A DNA stretch of 22,900 bases from an uncultured Planctomycetaceae bacterium (GCA_963976765.1 CAXBME010000014.1:186001-208900); one strand, 5' to 3'; positions 9,179 to 16,982 are shown, counted from the first letter of the stretch. Notes: generated by a model from the letters alone, not told the origin. Numbers and translations: made by a program.

Positions 9179-9197
9179 ATTGAGACTGCGTCTCAGT
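9179..9197. promoter_or_regulatory. Fur-family-like palindromic operator
   Basis: ATTGAGACTGCGTCTCAGT has a perfect TGAGAC-N3-GTCTCA core (9181-9195) with the 15-bp 7-1-7 geometry of Fur boxes (TGAGAATnATTCTCA-type). It lies about 80 bp upstream of the TPR start. Confidence 0.6.
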
Positions 9198-9275
9198 TGC
9201 AACCCGCTTAGCCGAAATATGAATTAAAACTCGTTAACTATCTAATCAGGCAAGATTTACGAGAGAGCTACGAGA

Positions 9276-10040
9276 ATGCCAGACCGAGACAATCTCAAAG
9301 AATCGGACATCCATTCACGCATGCAGGATGCTGACACTGTGGCTCAGGTCGCGGATTTCCTGATCAAGTCGGACTCGAACGACGGTCATACTCTGAAGCA
9401 GATCGGGCTCGCTCTGAACGCTGCGGGAGACCTGCCTCGTTGCCAGGAAATCCTCGAAATGGCTCAGATGCTCGTGCCGCTTAGCGCTTCCACAGAGCTT
9501 GCTCTGGCAGAGTGTTATGTTGCGGCAGGAAATGCCGACCTGGCCATCGGACTACTGGATCACATTGCACGGTCGGCATCAGTTGAAACGGCAACCCTCC
9601 TGCGGGTCGCTTCGCTGTTCAAAGAAATCAACTGCAACCGAGAGGCCTGGCTGACCTGCCGCGAGGCCATACGCAAGTCTCCCGATGATGCTCAGGCCTG
9701 GTTCGACCTGAGTATCTACATGGGGCGACTGGGCTTTCCATTCTCGAAAGTCGAACGAGTAATTCAGCAGGCAATCGATCTGGAACCGGACAATGTCGTC
9801 TTCAGAGTTTCACTGGCGGCAGGATTGTTAAAACTCGGCCGCGAGCCACACGCCTATGCCCTGGTGCGGCGATTCGGTGAGAAAGAACTTCGCCAAATCT
9901 GCTGTTCGAATTGTCTCGAAAATCTCCGCGCCTTGTACGAACAGGCAGACGACTGGCAATGCGTAAGTCTTTGCAATGAACAGATTGTCCAGCGAAACAT
10001 CACCGAAGCGCGAGGTTGCTGCGAAGCCCCCGAAGAGTAA
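9276..10040 (+). CDS. Tetratricopeptide repeat protein with Cys-rich C-terminus
   Basis: TPR-like helical repeats (LALAECYVAAGNADLAIGLL; CREAIRKSPDDAQAWFDLSIYMGRLG; QQAIDLEPDNVVFRVSLAAGLLKLGR). C-terminal CCSNC...CVSLC...CC. Confidence 0.85.
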   Translation: MPDRDNLKESDIHSRMQDADTVAQVADFLIKSDSNDGHTLKQIGLALNAAGDLPRCQEILEMAQMLVPLSASTELALAECYVAAGNADLAIGLLDHIARSASVETATLLRVASLFKEINCNREAWLTCREAIRKSPDDAQAWFDLSIYMGRLGFPFSKVERVIQQAIDLEPDNVVFRVSLAAGLLKLGREPHAYALVRRFGEKELRQICCSNCLENLRALYEQADDWQCVSLCNEQIVQRNITEARGCCEAPEE

Positions 10041-10330
10041 TGCATTCGCAAGTCGCGTCCGAAAAGAGTTCTGAAATGGAAACGTACCAAATCTTCCTTT
10101 TTCATCTGGCAATTTTCGTCTCGACCGGCGTTGCTGTTCTCCTTGTTCACCTGGCCGCTGCCTATGGCCGAGAGATGAGCCTGCTGTTTGAACTTCGAAA
10201 AATGAAGAAACCGCCTCAAAAGAATCCAGTGTTTGTTGATGTGCAATCTGCCCCTTTTCGCATGGGACAGGTTGCCGTCGGCTTTTTCAATAGAGAAAAA
10301 TCTGCAAGCTCCGTCGGACGAAATATTTGA
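10040..10330 (+). CDS. Small hypothetical membrane protein
   Basis: The ATG at 10040 overlaps the TPR stop (TAATG coupling); an alternative start is at 10076. One hydrophobic helix (IFLFHLAIFVSTGVAVLLVHLAAAY) is followed by a basic tail. Confidence 0.45.
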   Translation: MHSQVASEKSSEMETYQIFLFHLAIFVSTGVAVLLVHLAAAYGREMSLLFELRKMKKPPQKNPVFVDVQSAPFRMGQVAVGFFNREKSASSVGRNI

Positions 10331-10374
10331 CCGGACACGCAGAATTCAGACGGTGAGTGACCGTCTCCGCCGAA

Positions 10375-10413
10375 GCCAGCGACCAGCCAGCACAGCGCCA
10401 GCCATTAGCCAGC
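10375..10413 (+). repeat. Four GCCAGC direct repeats at exact 11-bp period upstream of the DUF1559 gene
   Basis: GCCAGC starts at 10375, 10386, 10397 and 10408, with variable 5-nt spacers GACCA, ACAGC and CATTA. It is preceded by a 7-bp hairpin AGACGGT-GAGTG-ACCGTCT (10348-10366). Confidence 0.65.
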
Positions 10414-10491
10414 CACGACGGTTTTTTGCAGCGACACGAATCCTCGTTCGTTGCAGTTAACTATTGCTGACTTGATGGAAGGATGTGTCCA

Positions 10492-11355
10492 ATGAGACGT
10501 CGAGCTGGATTTACGCTGATTGAACTTCTGGTGGTGATTGCGATCATCGCCATTCTGATTGGCCTGCTGCTGCCGGCTGTGCAGCAGGCTCGTGAGGCCG
10601 CCAGGCGATCGCAGTGCAAAAACAATCTCAAGCAGATTGGCCTGGCCATGCACAACTACCACGACATTTACAGCTGCCTGCCGATGGGCATGAATTCACA
10701 GGTGTATGGTCCCTTCGTTGCGATCCTGCCGAACCTCGACGCAGCCAGTGTTCAGACACTTTACAACTTCGACCTGTACTACACCGACCCGGCCAATCGC
10801 GAAGCTATCGACACTCGTCTGCCGGTTTATCTGTGCCCGTCGATGGTTCTGAAGCGCGCAGTACCGGAAGTCGCCTGCGATGAACCCGGCGCCCCAACAA
10901 GCTACGGCGCTTCAATGGGCACCAGCAATCTTCTCGGCGATGGATTGTTTGCTGGTTACAACGGCTTCACCGCGCCGATCCCAGTGAAGTTTCGTGATAT
11001 CACCGATGGACAGTCCAACACGCTCATGATTGGTGAATTCAACTACCAGCTTGAGGACTATCTGTGGAGCGCTTCGCCATCAAGCTGTTCTGCTGATCCG
11101 AGCAGAGCAGGAACTCCACGGTGGGGAAGCCATCGCTGGGCACCCGGGTATTCGGGAGTTTCGCTGGGGCACACGTCAGGCGACTTTAACGTCAACACCG
11201 GTGCCAACCGCACCATGTGGAGAAGCGATCACACCGGCGGTGCCCACTTCGCAATGGGAGACGGCGCAACGCGATTCATTGCTGAATCAATCGATGCAGA
11301 ACTGCTGGACGCTCTTGCCACGCGACAGGGCGAAGAAGAGCTGGGCGATTTCTAA
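10492..11355 (+). CDS. DUF1559-family prepilin-type N-terminal cleavage/methylation protein with H-X9-DG motif
   Basis: [71 protein letters not shown] and C-terminal [12 protein letters not shown]. The GGAAGGA RBS favours ATG 10492 over 10483. Confidence 0.95.
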   Translation: MRRRAGFTLIELLVVIAIIAILIGLLLPAVQQAREAARRSQCKNNLKQIGLAMHNYHDIYSCLPMGMNSQVYGPFVAILPNLDAASVQTLYNFDLYYTDPANREAIDTRLPVYLCPSMVLKRAVPEVACDEPGAPTSYGASMGTSNLLGDGLFAGYNGFTAPIPVKFRDITDGQSNTLMIGEFNYQLEDYLWSASPSSCSADPSRAGTPRWGSHRWAPGYSGVSLGHTSGDFNVNTGANRTMWRSDHTGGAHFAMGDGATRFIAESIDAELLDALATRQGEEELGDF

Positions 11356-11461
11356 GGAATTACGAGAAACGCTAGCAGGTGGGCTGCGCAATTCCTGGCA
11401 CTGGGCTGTGGTGCGCAGATCGTCTGACCAGGCAACGATACTCAATCGACAGGAGACGAAC

Positions 11462-11905
11462 ATGTTAAGAACGAATTTGTGTTGGGTGGTGCTGGCTGTA
11501 ATTTCAGCTTCACTCAGTGGATGTGGCGATGAAGTCGACAGACGCGGGCAACGTGTTGGTGTCTCGGGACAGGTCATAATGGATGGCCAACCTCTCACCA
11601 AAGGCCGCATTGTTTTTGTCAGCGACGAAGGTGAGGGAGCCGTGAAAGCAACCGCGCTAATTGAAAATGGAAAATACACCATTGATAAGACTCGAGGCCC
11701 ACTGGCCAGCAATGCTCGAGTTGAAATTCACCCGGAGTTACTCGAACTGGGCGAGCTTGAAGTTGCACGGGGTGGCGATCGTTTCAAAACAATTGACATC
11801 AGGCCGATTGCAATACCACATCGTTACAACGCCCGTTCAGAGCTGACAGCTCAGCTCTCCGAGGATGGCGATAATGCATTTAACTTTGAACTGGCTTCGA
11901 AATAG
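11462..11905 (+). CDS. Carboxypeptidase-regulatory-like-domain lipoprotein (usual DUF1559 partner)
   Basis: AGGAGA RBS at 11451-11456 and lipobox LSG-C. VSGQVIMDGQPLTKGRIVF...IENGKYTI...IPHRYNARSELTAQL...NAFNFEL matches the small lipoproteins that follow DUF1559 genes. The 11030 start in the ORF track overlaps DUF1559 and is unlikely. Confidence 0.88.
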   Translation: MLRTNLCWVVLAVISASLSGCGDEVDRRGQRVGVSGQVIMDGQPLTKGRIVFVSDEGEGAVKATALIENGKYTIDKTRGPLASNARVEIHPELLELGELEVARGGDRFKTIDIRPIAIPHRYNARSELTAQLSEDGDNAFNFELASK

Positions 11906-11957
11906 AAACAACTGAAACAGCCGTTTAACAAACTGAAACCAACAACGGAGAATCACT

Positions 11958-13583
11958 ATGAAACACATCGTTCTTACTCTGACGCTACTTTTAAGTCTTC
12001 CGGCAGTCAGCCACGCTCACTTCATCTGGGTGCTGACAGGTTCCGGTGAAAACGCTGATCGCGTGCAGGTTTTCTTTGGTGAAGCTACCGAGCCTGACGA
12101 CCCAGACCTCCTCGACCGAATCATCAAGGCCGAAGCCTGGTCGGTCGGCGGTCGCGGAAAGCCAGAGACGCTTTCCCTATTGAAAGGCAAAGACGCGCTG
12201 GAAGCCACTTTGCCTGAGAAGTTGCATCAGAATGCTGTCGTACTGAAACACACTTATGGCGTCCTCACCCGTGGCCAGTCGTCGTTTCTACTCAACTACT
12301 ATGCAAAGTCCTACCCGTTAGCTCTGCCCGGAACATGGCACGCCATCGAGGATAAAGAGCGGCTGCCGCTGGAAATCATTCCAACCCGTAACGGCAATAC
12401 CACCGCTCTGCAACTCACATGGCAAGGAAAGCCGTCTGCCAACAGTGAGATTGTGATCGTCGGGCCGGGAATCAAAGACAAGCTCGAAGGAACAACAGAC
12501 GAAGCCGGCACCTTTCGATGTGAACTGCCAGCTGACGGTGTGTACTCAATCCGAGGCAAACTTACAGAAGACAAAGAAGGCACACATAACGGAGAAAATT
12601 ACGAATCGATACGTCACTATACAACACTAACACTCCATAACGTTCCGTCGAAGTTTCATAGTGAGAAACACAATCTGGCGGAACTTCCACTGGGCATTAC
12701 CAGCTTTGGTGGAGCAATCATCGGTAACACGGTTTACGCCTACGGCGGCAACTATGGGTCGGCTCACGAATACACCAATGAAGAACAATCCAACGATTTG
12801 TGGGCGCTGAATCTTGCAGATCGATCAGCATGGAAAAAAGTGTCGACCGGTCCGCGTTTACAAGGGCTGGCAATGGTCGCTCACAACGGTCTGCTGTACC
12901 GCGTGGGCGGTTTCACCGCGATGAACAAAGAAGGTGAAGAACAGGATCTTCAATCTCAGGCAGGAGTTGCACAATTTAATCCGGAAACTGGTGTCTGGAA
13001 AGAATTACCACCATTACCGGAACCAAGGTCGTCACACGACGCTGCTGTTCTTGGCGACGTTCTTTATGTTGCTGGCGGCTGGAACATGCCGGGCGCCGGT
13101 CACGACCGAGTCTGGCATAAGTCAGCCTGGACACTCGATCTCAGTCAGGACGGCGCCCAATGGACGGCTGTCGCCGCCCCACCATTCCAGCGACGAGCGC
13201 TTTCGCTGGCAAGCTGGAATGGAAAGATGTACTGCATCGGCGGAATGAAAATGGAAGGCGGCCCGACAACTCAGGCCAACGTTTACGATCCCGCTACCGA
13301 TTCCTGGTCGGATGCTCCCTCATTGCTGGGTACTTCGATGGACGGATTCGGAAACTCGGCATTTGCATGTAACGGTTCCTTGTTTGCCTCAACGATTTCC
13401 GGTTCGCTGCAACGTCTTTCAGCAGACGGCAGAAGCTGGAACTTTGTCGGGCAGTTCGATCATCCACGGTTCTTTCATCGAATGCTGCCGTGGAAGGATT
13501 CAAGCCTGGTCGCGATCGGCGGCGGCAACATGATGGTCGGTAAAGTCACCGAAGTGGATTTGATTCCTGTTCGGAAACAGTAA
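11958..13583 (+). CDS. Secreted DUF4198/NikM-like domain + Kelch-repeat beta-propeller fusion protein
   Basis: GGAG RBS and signal peptide ending VSHA|HFIWV. DUF4198-like N domain (VQVFFGE, YYAKS, LPLEIIP, LTWQGKP, TTDEAG, RHYTTLT). Kelch repeats (YAYGG, LYRVGGF, LPPLPEPRSSHDAAVLGDVLYVAGGW, MYCIGG, YDPATDSWSDAPSL). Confidence 0.85.
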   Translation: MKHIVLTLTLLLSLPAVSHAHFIWVLTGSGENADRVQVFFGEATEPDDPDLLDRIIKAEAWSVGGRGKPETLSLLKGKDALEATLPEKLHQNAVVLKHTYGVLTRGQSSFLLNYYAKSYPLALPGTWHAIEDKERLPLEIIPTRNGNTTALQLTWQGKPSANSEIVIVGPGIKDKLEGTTDEAGTFRCELPADGVYSIRGKLTEDKEGTHNGENYESIRHYTTLTLHNVPSKFHSEKHNLAELPLGITSFGGAIIGNTVYAYGGNYGSAHEYTNEEQSNDLWALNLADRSAWKKVSTGPRLQGLAMVAHNGLLYRVGGFTAMNKEGEEQDLQSQAGVAQFNPETGVWKELPPLPEPRSSHDAAVLGDVLYVAGGWNMPGAGHDRVWHKSAWTLDLSQDGAQWTAVAAPPFQRRALSLASWNGKMYCIGGMKMEGGPTTQANVYDPATDSWSDAPSLLGTSMDGFGNSAFACNGSLFASTISGSLQRLSADGRSWNFVGQFDHPRFFHRMLPWKDSSLVAIGGGNMMVGKVTEVDLIPVRKQ

Positions 13584-13600
13584 CGAGGCCATCGACAACG

Positions 13601-13650
13601 GTGCCGGCGTGGTGAGTGGCTGATCGAACCTCGCCGGCACACTTTTTCTT
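13601..13650 (+). terminator. Putative intrinsic terminator/attenuator hairpin between the Kelch and PQQ-propeller genes
   Basis: Stem GTGCCGGCG-T-GGT (13601-13613) / ACC-T-CGCCGGCAC (13628-13640), followed by ACTTTTTCTT. The loop is long (14 nt). Confidence 0.5.
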
Positions 13651-13725
13651 AACTCACTTTTGCAATTGGCTCTTCGTGACGCTTCAAGGACAGGCATTAT
13701 GCAGCGGTTTCTGATCAGGTTCGAT

Positions 13726-15021
13726 ATGCGAGTCAGCCGGTCGCTGATTCTGGTGGCACTGACTGCAGCAAGTCTCGCAGAGGTCAGCGCTGATGACTGG
13801 AAGAGTTTTCAGAACGGAGGAGTGCCGATCGCATCCGATGCCGGTTATGCAGCAGAGTGGTCACCGGAATCCGGAATTGCCTGGCAGCAGCCACTGGCTG
13901 GTTATGGCCAGTCAACTCCGGTGGTGATGGGAAACCGCATTTTTGTGACGTCAGTGTCCGGCGATCTCAAAGAAAGACTGCATGTGCAGGCCTTCGATTT
14001 GAAAACCGGCACCGCACTCTGGAAATTCGATACAAAGAACAGCTCTCCAGTGAAGAGTACAAATTATGTCAGCAAGGCCGCCCCATCACCCGTCTGTGAC
14101 GGCAACGGCGTGATCGCCCTCTTTGAAGGCGGCAATGTAGTCGCATTAACAAGTGACGGTGCTCGCCGCTGGGAGCGTGACCTGGTTGCCGATTATGGTT
14201 CGATCGAATCACGTCATGGCCTGTCGTCGTCACTCGAACAGACGGAAGAACTCGTTTTTGTTTGGATCGAACGCAGCGAAGAACCTTACGTGCTGGCACT
14301 TTCGAAGAAGACGGGAAAGACTGTCTGGAAAGCGAATGGCCTGGGCGTGACATCGTGGAGCAGTCCGCGCCTGGTACCGGTTGGCGAGACTCACCATCTG
14401 GTGTTGAGTGGAATCGGCAGGATTTCAGGTCTCGATCCATCGACCGGGAAAAAACTGTGGGAATTTGACGGCATCTCCGGCAATTCGACACCGACGCCGG
14501 TTCCCTTGGGAAGTGGTCGTTTTTTGATTGGCGCAACGGTTGGACGCGGCGAGTCGGGTGGAGGAAAAGCCGCCGAGTCCAACGGTGTGATTCAGATTTC
14601 GGGATCACCTGCGGACGGATTCAAACTGGATTACGTCTGGCGAGCCAAATCAGCGACATCATCGTTTGGTTCTCCCATTGCCCATAACGGGCTCGCCTGG
14701 TTCGTTAACCGTGAGGGAATTCTCTACTGCCTTGATGCAAAAACCGGCGACCAGAAATTTGCTCAACGAACAGCCAGCAGTGTCTGGGCGACCCCACTGC
14801 TGATTGGCGATCGACTCTACCTGTTTGGAAAGAATGGTACGACGACGATTTTGAATGCTTCGGCTGAATTCGACGTCCTGGCAGAAAATTCGCTCTGGGA
14901 GACCGAGCATCCAGGGGATCAGTCTGAGTCCTCTGGCGAACCGGTTCTCTACGCCGCTGTCGCTAGCGATTCAACGTTGGTCCTGCGGCGAGGAGACCGC
15001 CTTTTTGCAATTCGGCCGTAA
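13726..15021 (+). CDS. PQQ-binding-like beta-propeller repeat protein (BamB-like, planctomycete type), secreted
   Basis: Signal peptide ending VSA|DDWKSF, then GYGQSTPVV, FDLKTGTALW, TGKTVW, SWSSP, GLDPSTGKKLW, SSFGSP, YCLDAKTG, WATPL and LFAI at the C-terminus. The start may be 13699 or 13726. Confidence 0.88.
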   Translation: MRVSRSLILVALTAASLAEVSADDWKSFQNGGVPIASDAGYAAEWSPESGIAWQQPLAGYGQSTPVVMGNRIFVTSVSGDLKERLHVQAFDLKTGTALWKFDTKNSSPVKSTNYVSKAAPSPVCDGNGVIALFEGGNVVALTSDGARRWERDLVADYGSIESRHGLSSSLEQTEELVFVWIERSEEPYVLALSKKTGKTVWKANGLGVTSWSSPRLVPVGETHHLVLSGIGRISGLDPSTGKKLWEFDGISGNSTPTPVPLGSGRFLIGATVGRGESGGGKAAESNGVIQISGSPADGFKLDYVWRAKSATSSFGSPIAHNGLAWFVNREGILYCLDAKTGDQKFAQRTASSVWATPLLIGDRLYLFGKNGTTTILNASAEFDVLAENSLWETEHPGDQSESSGEPVLYAAVASDSTLVLRRGDRLFAIRP

Positions 15022-15064
15022 TTCACAACGGACGGCAGCAAAAACTAAAGTTTCACTGCTCACT

Positions 15065-15097
15065 GGGTGGGGCATCTTCCTTGAAGACGCCCCACCC
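15065..15097. terminator. Strong hairpin after the module (terminator or REP-like element)
   Basis: GGGTGGGGC-A-TCTTC / CTT loop / GAAGA-C-GCCCCACCC: 14 paired bases with one mismatch, 44 nt after the stop. There is no U-tract. Confidence 0.45.
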
Positions 15098-15518
15098 TCA
15101 ACAGAGTGCCTGATCGCTCATAACGTCAGAAGGGACGGTTCTGATCGAATTGCATCTCAGAACCTGACGATCGATCTGATGCCAATCAGAAAGGCGGGCC
15201 GGGCTGGCTGCATCCCGGACGAAGCACTGGAAGTATCGCTCACGTTGATTGCGGGAAAGGAAAGCGTCGTTCACGCCAGATTCTGGTTTGTGCGCAGTCC
15301 AGTCGACAAAAACACCGGTTGCCACTGACACCGTTCCATCCAAGACGAAGCGGCTCATCCTCGTCCAATGAGGCTGCGAGGTAGATCTCGCCACGCTGTC
15401 CAGCGAGAGTCAGATTAGGCTTAACCGTCCCAGCCGGTATTACCGATAAGACCGATACAATGCTTCGTGCCCCACAACGCAACACTTGCCAGCCGCCAAC
15501 ACAGACGAACTCGGACAT

Positions 15519-16982
15519 ATGCAACCATTCGCGCAAGCTCTGGCAGGACTACTCTGCGGAATCGTTCTGATAACTGGGCGACCGGCACTGGCCGATGACA
15601 ACGAGCTGCAGAATGCTCTCAACCGAATTCAGACGCTGGAAGAGCAGGTTTCGCGACTGAACCGGCAAGCCAGCACGAACTCGTCCGCTCACGCGTCTGG
15701 AATCGAGCAATGCGGCTGCCAGAGCAATGCTCATCTCGCTGAAGGCTGTGGCGCGGGGTGCAGCTCAAGCGGCGGAGGCTCCGGCAGTTCGGCAATTCCA
15801 TTGAGCGTGGTTTACGACAAAGGCTTCGTTCTCAAGCCGGTCGACATCGAGAAGTCTCCGTTTTCGATGAAGATCAACAGTTGGATCCAGGCTCGACACA
15901 GCTACTTTGATTCTGACGGCCCGACTCCCGACCAGAACGATTTCGAGTTTGAGCGGGCACGGCTTGTGTTCAGCGGAATCGCCCTCTCCCCCGACCTGGA
16001 GTACTTCTTTCAGCTCGACGCGGACGACAACCAGACTCAACGAGTCGACCTGCTGGATTACTACCTCTCCTACGACATCGGTCACAACCAGTTCGATCTC
16101 GCCTCGGGGCAACTGGGAATTCGAGTTGGACGCTGGAAAATTCCGTTCAACAGATCCCGCCACACGTCCGGACTCAATCTGCAGTTTGCCGATCGTTCGG
16201 TGGCGGGCGTGTTCTTTGACATCGACCGTAGCGTCGGCATCAGCCTCTACGGAAAAACGGTTGAGTCGTGCGTTCCTGTCAACTGGGAGGTCGCCCTGAC
16301 AAACGGAATCCGAACGAACGGCGTTCGACCGAACCGGGTCGGCGACATCGATCGTAATCTCGGAATCAGCGGTCGAGTCTACTCAGACATCCTCGGGAAG
16401 TGGGGCAGTGATTACGAATCTGACATCGCCTGGCACGAAGAGCTGGCCGTTCGAGTGGGAGCAGGCTTTGCCTTCTCACGTGAAGACATTGTTGACGGAG
16501 CTGTCGAAGCAACCAGACAGCGCGTCGTCGACAGCGGAGCCACAATCACCAGCATCCTGCCGGTGGGCACCGACGCTTACGACGTTGCCCTGTTCGCATT
16601 GAGTGCCGACTTCCGATACCAGGGCTGGTCACTTTCCACCGAATTTTACTTCCGTGAAATGACCAACTTCGGTGGAGCAGCCGTCCCCGACCTGTCAGAT
16701 CACGGCTTCCTCGTCCAAGGGGGGTACTTCGTCGTTCCTAAGAAACTCGAACTGTTCGGTCGATGGTCGAGCATCGTTGGCGACTCGGGTACACTCGGAG
16801 CGGATGATCAAAGTGCCGACGAAGTCGGTGGCGGAGTCGCCTGGTGGATCAAAGGCCGCAACCTGAAACTCTCGCTCGACGTCAACCGAGTCAACGGAAC
16901 ACCAATCAACGATAGTGCTGTCGGCTTCCTGCCAGGCGATGACGGCCTGCTCTACCGAACCCAGCTTCAGTTTCTGTTCTAA
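15519..16982 (+). CDS. Outer membrane porin, phosphate-selective porin OprO/OprP-like
   Basis: Signal peptide (RPALA|DD) and N-terminal coiled coil ELQNALNRIQTLEEQVSRL. YDKGFVL...FEFERARLVFSG...YFFQLD...LLDYY...VGRWKIPF...LQFADRS. C-terminal beta-signal YRTQLQFLF. Confidence 0.8.
   Translation: MQPFAQALAGLLCGIVLITGRPALADDNELQNALNRIQTLEEQVSRLNRQASTNSSAHASGIEQCGCQSNAHLAEGCGAGCSSSGGGSGSSAIPLSVVYDKGFVLKPVDIEKSPFSMKINSWIQARHSYFDSDGPTPDQNDFEFERARLVFSGIALSPDLEYFFQLDADDNQTQRVDLLDYYLSYDIGHNQFDLASGQLGIRVGRWKIPFNRSRHTSGLNLQFADRSVAGVFFDIDRSVGISLYGKTVESCVPVNWEVALTNGIRTNGVRPNRVGDIDRNLGISGRVYSDILGKWGSDYESDIAWHEELAVRVGAGFAFSREDIVDGAVEATRQRVVDSGATITSILPVGTDAYDVALFALSADFRYQGWSLSTEFYFREMTNFGGAAVPDLSDHGFLVQGGYFVVPKKLELFGRWSSIVGDSGTLGADDQSADEVGGGVAWWIKGRNLKLSLDVNRVNGTPINDSAVGFLPGDDGLLYRTQLQFLF

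Noticed and set aside
8876..9202. 108-aa minus-strand ORF in the intergenic region
   Set aside because: It has a non-ATG start and Arg/Ser-rich, non-globular composition, and it overlaps the predicted promoter/operator.
11030..11461. N-terminal extension of the 291-aa ORF 11030..11905
   Set aside because: It overlaps the DUF1559 gene in another frame. The RBS and lipoprotein signal point to ATG 11462.
11907..11939. AACTGAAAC twice, 21 bp apart (also once at 18415), resembling a CRISPR repeat 3' end
   Set aside because: Only 9 bp long, with no repeat-spacer periodicity and no cas genes. It is probably A-rich translation-initiation sequence or chance.
13660..15021. Calling the PQQ-propeller gene bamB or a quinoprotein dehydrogenase
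   Set aside because: It has no lipobox and no bam/der gene context. Planctomycetes carry many such paralogues, so only the fold is supported.
15240..15420. Possible cobalamin riboswitch (GGGAA and GCCACTG present) upstream of the porin
   Set aside because: The other conserved elements (GGTG-AA-TCC, ACTGT, GGGAAG after GCCACTG, AGACCTGCC) are missing. An Infernal/Rfam scan would settle it.
14855..15536. Short ORFs in the 500-bp gap (14855..15328 +, 15098..15394 -, 15240..15536 -)
   Set aside because: No convincing RBS or protein-like features, and they overlap each other or neighbouring genes. An sRNA here cannot be excluded.
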